Shown here one piece after another: positions 1 through 10,058 of a DNA stretch of 64,000 nt. This DNA is from Bdellovibrionota bacterium (lineage in GTDB: Bacteria > Bdellovibrionota_C > UBA2361 > CALJRW01): contig JBGSMD010000009.1 of assembly GCA_041740355.1 (NCBI GenBank), forward strand, positions 32,001 through 96,000. The letters run 5' to 3'. The notes under the pieces are model-generated. The model was not told where the DNA came from. It did not search any database and saw nothing but the letters and a program-made list of their open reading frames with translations. Each line of letters starts with the position of its first letter. Position 1 is the first letter of the stretch. The position numbers were made by a program, and so were the translations under genes.

Positions 1-777
1 ATCGCCATTTCTCCAGTTAAATTACTTTATGGATTTAGACCGCTTACTGAAATTACTAATTTTTTGAATCCGGAACACAAAGATTTTGTACCTGAATATC
101 AAGAAATACTTAAAAAACTAGCGGATCTTAGTTATCAAAAGATTTACCAAGAACTAGTAACCGCAGATCCAAACCTTGTTAAGCAAGCTTCAAAAAGTTT
201 AATACTAAGACTTACCCAGAAAGAAGTGCCTTCTGAGTTAGAATTAGAAATCATCAAATTAAAAAAACAATATCCCGATGGAGATCTTGGAGTCTTCTGT
301 TTTTATTTACTTAATTTTATTACGGTTCAACCAGGTGAGGCTCTCTATATCGATTCCAACATCCCACATGCTTACCTGAAAGGCGAACTATTAGAATGTA
401 TGGCACCATCGGATAATGTAGTGCGCGGTGGTCTAACAAATAAATATATTGATCAAGAAACACTGCTTTCAATGCTAGATTTTCAAGAACATCAAGCAAA
501 GATTTTAACAATCACTGGCAAATCTGATTTAAATTTCTACCAAACTCCCGATAATGGTTTTTTTAAGATTGGGAAATTTGCTAAGACAGTTGACCAGTTA
601 TTTGCAACCGATGGAAATCCTCAATTGCTCTTCTGCTTATCTGGAGAAGCCAGTATCCTTATTGATTATGAAGTTTATCCAATCCCTCCTGGACAAGCGG
701 TTTTGGTACCAGCGGACCTAAAAGATTTTCAAATCAAGACTAACGAGGCTGATTTATTTTTAGTCACTTACCATTAA
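1..777 (+). CDS. manA: Mannose-6-phosphate isomerase class I, 5'-truncated by the window edge
   Basis: Frame is open from base 1 (IAISPVKLLYGFRP). Motifs YPDGDLG, PGEALYI..NIPHAYLKG, ECMAPSDNVVRGGLT.KYID. Confidence 0.9.
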   Translation: MAISPVKLLYGFRPLTEITNFLNPEHKDFVPEYQEILKKLADLSYQKIYQELVTADPNLVKQASKSLILRLTQKEVPSELELEIIKLKKQYPDGDLGVFCFYLLNFITVQPGEALYIDSNIPHAYLKGELLECMAPSDNVVRGGLTNKYIDQETLLSMLDFQEHQAKILTITGKSDLNFYQTPDNGFFKIGKFAKTVDQLFATDGNPQLLFCLSGEASILIDYEVYPIPPGQAVLVPADLKDFQIKTNEADLFLVTYH

Positions 778-854
778 TCACTTATTGTTTAATTAATCCC
801 GTGATTAATAAAAAATAGTTCCGAAGAATTAGTAAATCGCTTATAATCATAATA

Positions 855-2354
855 ATGCGGTTACCAAGGGATCTCCAAAATCAACTAGGCTTATCAACCT
901 TCGGATTTCGTCGCCAATCACGGGAAGATCAACAAGTGATTGACCTTCGATTACAATTAACTGAGGCAATTGGACTTAGCATTAAAACATACCAAGTAAG
1001 TGATCCCAAGACCAAACAAAAGTTAAAAATATATGCGATCGAACTTCCCGATTTGGAAGAGAACCGCCAACTAGTGAAGGCTTTTAATTTGCGAAAAATT
1101 AATTTGATTCCCGATCAGATGGCTTTTTTTCGAATTATGAAAAGCCCGGCTGAATTTGATTATCGAATATCAAGTGATGAGGCCAATGAACTTTATCAAA
1201 AACTATTTATTGAATCTGTTAAGCCAGTTAATTTTTATCGGCATAAACTTAAATTTGTCGATTTGCAGGAATTACCTTTCATTTCAATCGACTCTGATGG
1301 AGTAAGAGACGAGCAGGATCTCCCAGTTTATGGTGATTATGATGATGTACTTTATGTTCGCTCTAAGCGCGATCACTTTGAAGTCTACGTTGGATTTGCT
1401 GACATTACCCCCTACTTTAATCTGAGTTTAGATGATCCTTTAATTAGAAATGCTAGTCGTTTTGGATACACACTCTATGGTAGTCATGGTCACCAACCAA
1501 TGATTGGAGATAATGTCGAAAAAGAAACTAGCTTACTAGAGGGGCAAGCTCGGTTTGCCTGGATTATCAAATTCCAAATTCCTCTAACCGGAACAATTGA
1601 TTTAAAAAAAGTAAAAATCTTTCGTGCCAAAATAATTAATCGCAGGCAATTAGATTTTTATCATGAACCACAACAAGTTAGCGATTTAATCCTGCGAACA
1701 AATCTAGAAAACATTCGAATTGTGGGATCGTTTATTCAGAATCGTAATAACCCAGAGTTTCTAGATAAGCTGGCCTATTTAGAACTTTCAAATTATCAAC
1801 AGACTAATAACTCAAATGCGGTGCGAGAACTGATGACTTTTACTCGTCACTTAATGGGTAAATATGCTGTGAACAAAGGACTTCCCGGAATTTATCGTAT
1901 CCAAGCTTTTAATCCCACACCTGATCAACTTGGAAAATGGATTGAGAAATTTAATGCCGAGGGATATTTAGCCAAACCTTCAGATCTCACTTCCCCCCAA
2001 CGTCTATCTCGTTTAATTTTATCAATGGCAAATAGTAATAATCCAAAACTTATCAGTCTTAGTGCTGATTTCTTTGCTTACTTAACAGGTCAGTCTGTTT
2101 ACTCGACAACTCCCGCAATTCATGGCGACTTAAATTTTGAGCCCTACATGGACATTAAAGGACTAAGAAAACTTGTGGGATTAGTTAACCAAATGATTTT
2201 TAGTGCAGATTTTGATCCCGAGCATACGCCCAAAATAGATCCTCAAGTTGTGGAGAAAATTTGTGCTCGGGCAAATGCAGCTAAGTCTGTAATTGATTTA
2301 AACAGTGCTTACCTAAACTTTCTTCAAAATAGAATTCTGCGAAGGGAAGATTAA
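855..2354 (+). CDS. Divergent RNB (RNase II/R catalytic) domain protein
   Basis: FISIDSDG...DYDDVL, VYVGFADIT, SLLEGQ.R, RELM, GIYRIQ, YSTTPAIH.DL follow the RNB motif order. No S1 domain and no canonical FTSPIRRY. Confidence 0.6.
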   Translation: MRLPRDLQNQLGLSTFGFRRQSREDQQVIDLRLQLTEAIGLSIKTYQVSDPKTKQKLKIYAIELPDLEENRQLVKAFNLRKINLIPDQMAFFRIMKSPAEFDYRISSDEANELYQKLFIESVKPVNFYRHKLKFVDLQELPFISIDSDGVRDEQDLPVYGDYDDVLYVRSKRDHFEVYVGFADITPYFNLSLDDPLIRNASRFGYTLYGSHGHQPMIGDNVEKETSLLEGQARFAWIIKFQIPLTGTIDLKKVKIFRAKIINRRQLDFYHEPQQVSDLILRTNLENIRIVGSFIQNRNNPEFLDKLAYLELSNYQQTNNSNAVRELMTFTRHLMGKYAVNKGLPGIYRIQAFNPTPDQLGKWIEKFNAEGYLAKPSDLTSPQRLSRLILSMANSNNPKLISLSADFFAYLTGQSVYSTTPAIHGDLNFEPYMDIKGLRKLVGLVNQMIFSADFDPEHTPKIDPQVVEKICARANAAKSVIDLNSAYLNFLQNRILRRED

Positions 2355-2387
2355 TCTAGCGAGATTTGCAAAGCAAATCTCGCTAGA
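2355..2387. terminator. Hairpin between convergent genes
   Basis: TCTAGCGAGATTTGC-aaa-GCAAATCTCGCTAGA, a perfect 15-bp stem. Confidence 0.7.
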
Positions 2388-2395
2388 TAATTTAA

Positions 2396-3733
2396 TTATG
2401 GAGTTACATCTAAACGAGAAGCGGCAGATTTTTCTTCCTGAACTTTACCTAGGTATTTAGGCAGATCAATCCCTGCCATTCCGGCGACATCATGGAGAGC
2501 AGGTAAAGAATTAACCATACTGCTCATAAAGTTAGCAGTAGAGCTTCCCTTTTCACTATTACCACTATCCCAAACAGTAATCTTATCAATTTTAATATTT
2601 CGAATAGCTTCAGTTTGAAGTTTTACAATCTCTTCTAATTTCTCAACAAGAAGCATTGTCGCTGCTTCTTTTGGATCATTAGAACAGGCCAAAACAAGTC
2701 GCTTGTAACCTTCTGCTTTAGCATCAAGAACTTTCTGAATACCTTCTGCTGTAGCAGTTTGAACCAACAAGATAGAATCGGCCTCCCCGGAAGCTTCCTT
2801 CCGAAGTTTTTGAGCTTCAGCTTCAGCTTGGATTTCAATTTTACGTTTATCTATTTCCATTTGAACAATCTCTTCAGCTTCCAACCGACGATGTTCTGCT
2901 TTAGCTTTTTCAATTTGAATTTCAGTGATTGCTTTTTGATTGGCGACTTCACCTTTCTGATGGGCAATAGCTTCACGCTCTTCTAATTCGGCATTGTAAT
3001 CGGCAATCTTAGCTTTAGCGTTATTTTCTCCTTCAACTGCTTGCGAATCAAACATGGCAACTTGAACGCGACGATCGCGGTCGGCTTCAGACTTACCAAT
3101 TTCTCCTTTCTTCTCTTGTTCGGCAACGTCGATTTTAGCTTGGTTAATTGCTGTTGCCGCGGCTTTCTTACCAATACTCTCAATATAACCAGACTCGTCA
3201 GTAATATCCGTAATGTTTACGTTAATTAAATATAAACCAATCTTACGAAGTTCCGGATCAATATTGTTTTTAATTGACTCTAAAAATCTTTCCCGATCTT
3301 GGTTAATTTCTTCAATTCGTAGAGAAGCAATTGTTAAACGAAGCTGACCAAAAATAATTTCATTTGCCATTAACTCAATTTCACGAGGCCCTAAATCAAG
3401 CAATCGAACAGCAGCATTGTTCATGGTCTCACGACTAGTATCAACTGCGATTGTAAAGGTGCTAGGTACGTTCACCCGAATATTCTGTAAGGACAGCGCG
3501 CCTTTTAGAGGAATATTAATTGTTAATGGTGTTAAATCCAAAAATGAAGCTTGTTGAATTAAAGGCCAAACAAATGTAGCGCCCCCATGATAACATTTAA
3601 CAGCTTGTCCTTCTCCAACCTTACCTTGGACCACAAGAATTTGGTTACCTGGACAACGAACATAGCGCGAGGCAACAAACACAATAAAAACAAATGCAAT
3701 TACAACAAATCCAACAATTAACCAAAGAGTCAT
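2396..3733 (-). CDS. Flotillin-like SPFH/band 7 protein
   Basis: N-terminal TM segment, GGATFVWPLIQ, GQLRL.IA.L.IEEIN.DR, AEA-rich coiled coil, IKIDKITVWD. Confidence 0.92.
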   Translation of the reverse strand: MTLWLIVGFVVIAFVFIVFVASRYVRCPGNQILVVQGKVGEGQAVKCYHGGATFVWPLIQQASFLDLTPLTINIPLKGALSLQNIRVNVPSTFTIAVDTSRETMNNAAVRLLDLGPREIELMANEIIFGQLRLTIASLRIEEINQDRERFLESIKNNIDPELRKIGLYLINVNITDITDESGYIESIGKKAAATAINQAKIDVAEQEKKGEIGKSEADRDRRVQVAMFDSQAVEGENNAKAKIADYNAELEEREAIAHQKGEVANQKAITEIQIEKAKAEHRRLEAEEIVQMEIDKRKIEIQAEAEAQKLRKEASGEADSILLVQTATAEGIQKVLDAKAEGYKRLVLACSNDPKEAATMLLVEKLEEIVKLQTEAIRNIKIDKITVWDSGNSEKGSSTANFMSSMVNSLPALHDVAGMAGIDLPKYLGKVQEEKSAASRLDVTP

Positions 3734-3749
3734 TTTTTTTCCTTAAAGT

Positions 3750-3902
3750 CACCGTTTAGCCTTTGGCGAATCTCGAAAGAAAATATTTAGCAAAATACTT
3801 CCACCTTCGCAAAAGCTACGGAGGACAGGCTGTTGTACTTCTAGTACACCTGCGTTTTTGTTAAATATTTAAATTCGACCTTCACTCAAACTCTAATCGG
3901 TT
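3750..3902. repeat. Nested imperfect palindrome carrying a REP-like insert (3800-3830)
   Basis: Arms ACCGTTTAG/CTAATCGGT and AAATATTTAGCAAAA/TTTTGTTAAATATTT enclose CCACCTTCGCAAAAGCTACGGAGGACAGGC. Confidence 0.55.
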
Positions 3903-3953
3903 AAGTTTTATGCAAGCTATTCAACCTAGCGCTAAAAGCTTACTGTTTAAAAT

Positions 3954-4535
3954 TTATTTTTCTGTAGGTAAGACTTTTACCGAAACAGTATCAGGACTTA
4001 ATAAGCTGACAACTTCAACTTTCTGATGTGAGGCTATTTCTATCCCCTCAGCACTACTTGCATCCATTTCTCTAATTAATCCACCGACATTTATTTGAAT
4101 TCGACCTGTGCCTTCCACAGGAATTCGTGAATATACTTCGGCCGAAAGCCCGATTATATCTTTCTCTGAAAATTCGGCTCCGCCACTGTGCAATTTCATG
4201 GCATATTTAAAAACCATGGCGATGATCAAGACTGCAATCACACCAATTACAATTGCTAAAATGACAGCTGCTGCCAAGCTCAACTGATACTGTTTGATAG
4301 CAACTAATCCACCCCAACCAAACATCATTAAGAAAGTAGTGATTCCAGTAAGTGATAAGAACTTAAAAGCAATTATTGCCCCAGCATTATCTAAACCATG
4401 CAGATCACTACCATCATCAATGTCAATATTGAATTGGTCCCCCATTCCTAAAAACATTGCAGCAGTTTTTAAGATAAAAAATGTCGATCCGACAACTGCC
4501 GAGATCCAAAAAATTGTTTCTAGATTAAATTCCAT
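3954..4535 (-). CDS. NfeD-like membrane protein (flotillin partner)
   Basis: Three TM segments plus a C-terminal OB-like region (IG..AEVY..IP..G.G.I.I). Lies upstream of the flotillin gene. Confidence 0.85.
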   Translation of the reverse strand: MEFNLETIFWISAVVGSTFFILKTAAMFLGMGDQFNIDIDDGSDLHGLDNAGAIIAFKFLSLTGITTFLMMFGWGGLVAIKQYQLSLAAAVILAIVIGVIAVLIIAMVFKYAMKLHSGGAEFSEKDIIGLSAEVYSRIPVEGTGRIQINVGGLIREMDASSAEGIEIASHQKVEVVSLLSPDTVSVKVLPTEK

Positions 4536-4689
4536 GAATAGCCTTATAACACATTAGCCATTTTAGATGTAAGAACTATTTAACGGGATTCAGAATTAGA
4601 TAGTAGCGCTAAGTTATTGAAACTAGGCATTAAACAAAGAAGCCAAAAAGCGGAAATCTACTCTCTTTTCTTTATAAATATAAAAGAAA

Positions 4690-5664
4690 TTATTTAATTC
4701 CTGAAATTAGAATATTAGAACGGTTCAGAATTGTAGGTAGTTCTTCAAACTTCACAATTAAAGGATCGCTATTCGGGCTGATGTTAATCACGGCGGATCC
4801 ACCAAATCCCAGACTGCGGTTAAGGAATAAGAAAATCTCTTCGGTACTTAATCCAGACTGCAATTCTGTCATTTCGAAGTTTCTGATCGGCATAATATTC
4901 TGCTTAACAAAATACTTACTACCTTTAAGAATCGATCGCTCTTGATCTTCTCGATCAATTGTTTCTAAAACAGAATGACGTTCAAATTCAAAGGTAGCGG
5001 AATCAGCTTTCAACCATTCTTTACTAAAACTTGCCTTAATAAAATCATTATTTAGAGGACTTTCTCTTTGAGAAACAGTCTCTTGTTGGATTGTAGAATA
5101 AAACTGACGCGCAAAAATAAAATTACAATTTGTAATAGCTACTCGATCAAAATCAGAGCAGTCTAGATAAATAGCATCTGCCAAATTAAAGACTCCTTTC
5201 TCCAGTGAGCGGTCAAATAGACGAGTAGTTCCAGAAATAACAACTTCAAGTTCTGAAAATCTAGTAGCTAACCATCTTGCTAACCAAGCCGCACTAGCAC
5301 TTTCCGCCTCGCGGGAGTATGAATAACCGGCATCAATTTCTAATACCCTTAACCTACCATCTGGTGCTAAATTACCTTCATTCTTAGCCGTAACAAAGTT
5401 TTCAAATAATTTTTCTAAAATTAGTTGATCATGTTCTCGCACTCCACTTCTAATCGAGAATTCACCACTATCAATTGAATAACCAGCATTAATTTTGTAC
5501 TCAGCTAATTTTTTTTCGATAATTGGAAGGTACTGATTACAAAAAGGAATAAAGTCTTCATTATACAGAGCGATTAAATGAGAGGAATCGGTAATATCTG
5601 AAAATTTTGGAATGGATGTTAAGGGAGATTTGCTGAGTAGAGAATGATCTGGCAATACAAACAT
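4690..5664 (-). CDS. Hypothetical protein, possibly a degenerate methyltransferase-like fold
   Basis: 324-aa ORF. LRVLEIDAG resembles SAM motif I; nothing else recognised. Confidence 0.45.
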   Translation of the reverse strand: MFVLPDHSLLSKSPLTSIPKFSDITDSSHLIALYNEDFIPFCNQYLPIIEKKLAEYKINAGYSIDSGEFSIRSGVREHDQLILEKLFENFVTAKNEGNLAPDGRLRVLEIDAGYSYSREAESASAAWLARWLATRFSELEVVISGTTRLFDRSLEKGVFNLADAIYLDCSDFDRVAITNCNFIFARQFYSTIQQETVSQRESPLNNDFIKASFSKEWLKADSATFEFERHSVLETIDREDQERSILKGSKYFVKQNIMPIRNFEMTELQSGLSTEEIFLFLNRSLGFGGSAVINISPNSDPLIVKFEELPTILNRSNILISGIK

Positions 5665-5734
5665 TTACAACTTGTTACTAAACTACATTGTAAAATATAT
5701 TTTATTTAAGGAGCTTAATCAAATATAATTTAAG

Positions 5735-6061
5735 TTAATACTTAAAAATTCGATGGGGTCTTCGTAAATCTAAATCTGCCTGCTCAATTAGCTCTGGTCC
5801 ATGTGTACCAAAACAAACTTTGCCTTTTGGCAGTTGCTTAAGATCGTTTATGGTATCAGCTTGCACATGCGCTCTGATTTCAGGCAATAACTTTCCATCG
5901 ATCCCAAAAGTTAGAGTAGCGAAGCCACTAGGTTTCTCAACGGTAAGGATTATTTCACCCGCAGAATTTCGAGGCTCTGCTCGAAATTTAAGTCCTGTTC
6001 TTGAAACTTTAGTGAATGATGATATTGAAAGGCAAACAACTGCCTCTGCTAACTTACTCAT
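5735..6061 (-). CDS. Hypothetical protein
   Basis: 108-aa ATG ORF, co-oriented with neighbours. Confidence 0.45.
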   Translation of the reverse strand: MSKLAEAVVCLSISSFTKVSRTGLKFRAEPRNSAGEIILTVEKPSGFATLTFGIDGKLLPEIRAHVQADTINDLKQLPKGKVCFGTHGPELIEQADLDLRRPHRIFKY

Positions 6062-6163
6062 ATAATTATATTATTACTATTTAAAGGAAATTGTTTCTGA
6101 TTCTGAACTATGAAGAATAGTTGCAATCTTAAAACGTGAGACAGTATATCTTAATTTAATTCC

Positions 6164-7210
6164 TTAACCAATGGCTAGCATCCTTTCCACTGATCTTAGC
6201 GCTCTAATCCTAATATCCTCCGGAATGGTAATAACGGTCTTGTTATGTTCTAAGGCATAGAGGGTGTCTTCCAAAGTAATTTGGTTCATATGGGGGCATC
6301 TGACATGACACATGCGTAGTGCTTCCTTATCTGGATTATCAGCAATAATATTATCCCCCATGCTACATTCTGTTAAAATCAAAAATCTACTTGCCGGGGA
6401 ATTTTTAACGTAAGAATTCATCACACTGGTACTACCACTAAAATCAGAGGCTGCAACTACTTCAGGTCGGGATTCCGGATGTGTAATTACGACAACATCG
6501 GGATATTGCTTTCGCGCTATCTGAATATCTTCAACTGTGAATTTATCATGTACCTCGCAACACCCCTTCCACCCAATAATCGAAACTCCATCTTTCAGTT
6601 CAGGATAATTGTGAGGACTAGCAATTGCTACTTTACGGCCTAATTCCTCGGCAACATTTTTAGCAAGATACTCATCTGGTAAGAAGATTATTGCTTGATC
6701 TCCCAGAGACTGAACAAGTTTCACGGCATTTCCTGAGGTACAACAATAATCAATTTCTGCTTTTACATCGGCATAAGTATTCACATAGGCTACGATTGGC
6801 AGGCCTGGATAAGCGACTCTTAAATCACGAACATCCTGAGCCGTAATAGCAGCAGCTAATGAACAACCAGCCTTACCTCTTGTTGGTAACAAAACGGTTT
6901 TGTTTGGATTCAAAATCTTGGCTGTCTCGGCCATAAAGCGAACGCCACAAAAAATAATAATATCAGCTGTAGTTTTGGCGGCTTCCCTGGAAAGCTGTAA
7001 GGAGTCCCCTACTATGTCAGGAATAGTATGAAAAAGAGCAGGCTCCATATAATTGTGACCCAGGATCACTACATTCTTCTCTTTCTTTAATTGATTGATC
7101 TTAAAAACCAGTTCTGCTTTGTAAGGAATTTCAATCTCAGGAACAACACGAGATAATTTTTTAAGCATTTGTTCTTTAGTTTCTGCTAGAGTGCTACAAT
7201 TAATACCCAT
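6164..7210 (-). CDS. nadA: Quinolinate synthase
   Basis: ILGHNY, GDSLQLS, FCGVRFMAETAKILNP, AGCSLA, YVNT.A.VKA, CEVH, CPHM. Confidence 0.97.
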   Translation of the reverse strand: MGINCSTLAETKEQMLKKLSRVVPEIEIPYKAELVFKINQLKKEKNVVILGHNYMEPALFHTIPDIVGDSLQLSREAAKTTADIIIFCGVRFMAETAKILNPNKTVLLPTRGKAGCSLAAAITAQDVRDLRVAYPGLPIVAYVNTYADVKAEIDYCCTSGNAVKLVQSLGDQAIIFLPDEYLAKNVAEELGRKVAIASPHNYPELKDGVSIIGWKGCCEVHDKFTVEDIQIARKQYPDVVVITHPESRPEVVAASDFSGSTSVMNSYVKNSPASRFLILTECSMGDNIIADNPDKEALRMCHVRCPHMNQITLEDTLYALEHNKTVITIPEDIRIRALRSVERMLAIG

Positions 7211-7332
7211 GGATTTTATAAATTGAAAAGTTTAGTTAAATTTACAGTCTAGTAGATTGCATTTAGTGGGATAGACCCAAAATGCTAAGTGTTTTATATT
7301 TATATTTACGATTTTAATTTAATTAGTAAACT

Positions 7333-8934
7333 TTGTCCAAAGTAAGTAACTCATATTCTAATTATAATTTCCTTGTTATTGGTGGCGGAATAGCTGGGCT
7401 TTCTTACGCCCTAAAAGTCGCTGAACACGGAACCGTGGCAGTACTATTTAAAAAATCTACTAAGGAATCATCCACGGCCTGGGCTCAAGGCGGAATTGCC
7501 GCGGTTCAAACCGAAGACGACTCTTTCGAATTACACATTCAAGATACAATTAATGCCGGTGCTGGATTAGTTAATCCCGAGATTGCCCGAATTGTTGTTT
7601 CAGAGGGGCCCGAAAGAGTTCAAGAATTAATTGATTTTGGAGCTAATTTTGATCGTTTAGCTGATAGTGCTTGCTATGAATTACATCAGGAAGGTGGACA
7701 CTCCACAAGAAGAATTTTGCATAATGCTGATGCCACTGGTTGGGAAATTCAAAAAACTTTACTAGCTGCTTGCGAAAAAAACTCCAACATCAATTTTTTT
7801 CCAAATTACAATGCAGTAGATTTAATCACTACACACAAACTTAACTTTGAAACAAACCTGAATAATCGAGTTCTAGGTGCTTATGTCTTAAATCCCGAAG
7901 GGCATGTCGAAATCTTCACTGCGGAAAGAGTCTTGATGGCTACAGGGGGCGCTGGAAAAGTTTATCTTTACACATCAAATCCTGATGTAGCTTCAGGAGA
8001 TGGAATCGCCATGTGCTACCGTGCCGGGGTGTCAGTTGCCAACATGGAATTCTTTCAATTTCACCCAACTTGTCTTTATCATCCACAAGCTAAATCATTC
8101 TTAATTACCGAGGCAATGCGTGGTGAAGGCGCAATCTTAACAAGAATTAATGGCAAGCGATTTATGGATCAATATTCCTCGCAGGCTGAGCTGGCACCAA
8201 GAGATATTGTAGCACGAGCGATTGATAATGAAATGAAAGCTCATGGAGAAGATCATGTATTATTAGATATTCGACATCGAGGTGAGGATTTCATTAAAGA
8301 ACACTTCCCTAACATTTATGAAAACTGTTTAAATTTTGGAATTGATATTACGAAACAAGCGATTCCTGTTGTTCCAGCAGCACACTATTGTTGCGGAGGG
8401 GTGGTAGTAGATGAAAACTCCGCCACAACTATTGAAAATTTGTATGTGGCTGGTGAAGCTTCTCACACCGGACTTCATGGAGCAAACCGGCTAGCCTCGA
8501 ATTCCTTACTGGAAGGTTTAGTTTTTGCTCATCGAGCTGCTATACGCTCAATTGAAAATTTGGAAAGTAAAGGAGATTGCCCTAGCATACCTACCTGGAA
8601 TATTGGTACAGCCAAAGATAGTAATGAAGCTGTTGTAATCACTCAAAACTGGGATGAGATTCGCCGATTTATGTGGAATTTTGTGGGAATCGTTCGTAGT
8701 GATAAAAGATTAGAGCGAGCCCTAGAAAGAAGTAACTTACTTGAAAGAGAAATTAAACAATACTACTGGGATTTTAAATTAACTTCTGATCTACTTGAGC
8801 TAAGAAATCTTAGCCTGGTTGCAAACTTAGTTATTCGTTCGGCGATGCTTAGAAAAGAAAGCCGCGGACTTCATTATAACATAGACCACCTAGCAACATT
8901 AGATAATCTACAAAGTGATACAGTTTTAAATTAA
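7333..8934 (+). CDS. nadB: L-aspartate oxidase
   Basis: IGGGIAGL, WAQGGIAA, EGGHS.RRI.H, QFHPT, LAPRDIVARAI, GLHGANRLASNSLLE, ESRGLH. Divergent from nadA. Confidence 0.97.
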   Translation: MSKVSNSYSNYNFLVIGGGIAGLSYALKVAEHGTVAVLFKKSTKESSTAWAQGGIAAVQTEDDSFELHIQDTINAGAGLVNPEIARIVVSEGPERVQELIDFGANFDRLADSACYELHQEGGHSTRRILHNADATGWEIQKTLLAACEKNSNINFFPNYNAVDLITTHKLNFETNLNNRVLGAYVLNPEGHVEIFTAERVLMATGGAGKVYLYTSNPDVASGDGIAMCYRAGVSVANMEFFQFHPTCLYHPQAKSFLITEAMRGEGAILTRINGKRFMDQYSSQAELAPRDIVARAIDNEMKAHGEDHVLLDIRHRGEDFIKEHFPNIYENCLNFGIDITKQAIPVVPAAHYCCGGVVVDENSATTIENLYVAGEASHTGLHGANRLASNSLLEGLVFAHRAAIRSIENLESKGDCPSIPTWNIGTAKDSNEAVVITQNWDEIRRFMWNFVGIVRSDKRLERALERSNLLEREIKQYYWDFKLTSDLLELRNLSLVANLVIRSAMLRKESRGLHYNIDHLATLDNLQSDTVLN

Positions 8935-9085
8935 GCCAATTCTTAATTTGGTTTAATTTTTTAAACAGCTGAAAATTAGTAAATCCAAGAATAAATTTCC
9001 TATAAAAACTTACACTGACTGCTTATAGCTTAATCTAGGAACGAAAATAATCATGAATTATATTAATGACAAAAAATAATTTACT

Positions 9086-9200
9086 GCCTGCCTAGCCGAA
9101 GCTTCAGCGAAGGCTGGTTAGTAAATTAAAGATGGTCACTAAAGCTAAAGTAAATCTTGGATTCCTGCTTCGCCAAAACAAAAGCTACGACGGATATAGT
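9086..9200 (-). repeat. REP-like copy plus an inverted copy of the repeat that flanks the mevalonate genes
   Basis: GCCTAGCCGAAGCTTCAGCGAAGGCTGG. The reverse complement of ~9115-9197 matches ~30022-30100 (ATATCC..CGTAGCTTTTG.TTTGGCG..GGAATCCAAGATTT). Confidence 0.7.
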
Positions 9201-9254
9201 TATGACAAAAAGTAATTTCCGAATATTGAAAAGTTAGTTTTGTGATTTTTATCA

Positions 9255-9341
9255 TAACTATATGATTTTATTGTCCCTCTGGGGGATAGTGAACCCCAAA
9301 AAGTAATTCCCTACGGAAATTACTTTTTGGACTCACTATAT
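9255..9341. mobile_element. Short MITE-like palindrome (ATAGTGA.CC.AAAA...TTTTGGACTCACTAT family)
   Basis: Imperfect terminal inverted repeats. Near-identical inverted copy at 19668-19752; related copies at 27603-27663 and 29935-29992. Confidence 0.6.
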
Positions 9342-9565
9342 AAAGCTGAACACTCAAACAATCCTATAAATTAATTTAATTAGAAGTTAATTAAGAAATT
9401 CAAATTCTCCAAGCTTAAAGTCTAAATTCGGAGCCTTATACTTTAATATTGTGATTTTTAGATTTAAAATATTAGTATTAATCCTAAGCCTATAAATAAT
9501 TAATTTAGTTTGACTAAGAATTAATTAGTTATACAATATTATCCAATTCAAATATTTTCCAACAC

Positions 9566-9964
9566 ATGACAAGTTTATTTTGTTTAGAATCTCCAAGCGG
9601 GCGCTTACCATTTAGTCCAGAAGCGTTTCTTAATACTTGGAAAAGTCGTGTCGGATTTAGAAACAGCCAAACTTCCCAAGCTCTTAAGTTCCTTGAAGGC
9701 CTTGAATCCAAACGGGTGATGGTCTGCGAAAATGCACCTGACAGTAGTGTTGATGGTTTAAAATGGTCAATTTATCAAGACCAAAATAGACCAGAATTAT
9801 TTGTTGTGCTTGGATCTTTAAGTGGAAAAGAATTTGGGACAGTTCAATATCTTCCTGAAAAATCACGAATTCTAGAACGCGACGGTTTCACTTATCAACG
9901 ACTTGGACAATTTCGTGCAGTCACAGAACAGATGAAAGATGAATTTTTAGGTATAAAAAAATAA
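9566..9964 (+). CDS. Hypothetical protein
   Basis: 132-aa ATG ORF in an otherwise empty interval. Confidence 0.55.
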   Translation: MTSLFCLESPSGRLPFSPEAFLNTWKSRVGFRNSQTSQALKFLEGLESKRVMVCENAPDSSVDGLKWSIYQDQNRPELFVVLGSLSGKEFGTVQYLPEKSRILERDGFTYQRLGQFRAVTEQMKDEFLGIKK

Positions 9965-10058
9965 GGTTATAATCATAATAATTGTTTTTCCCTGTAAAAT
10001 ATCACATTGTTTTTTAGTTTGCTAATAACTCCTTTTATACTTATTAGTTTAGGAAATT

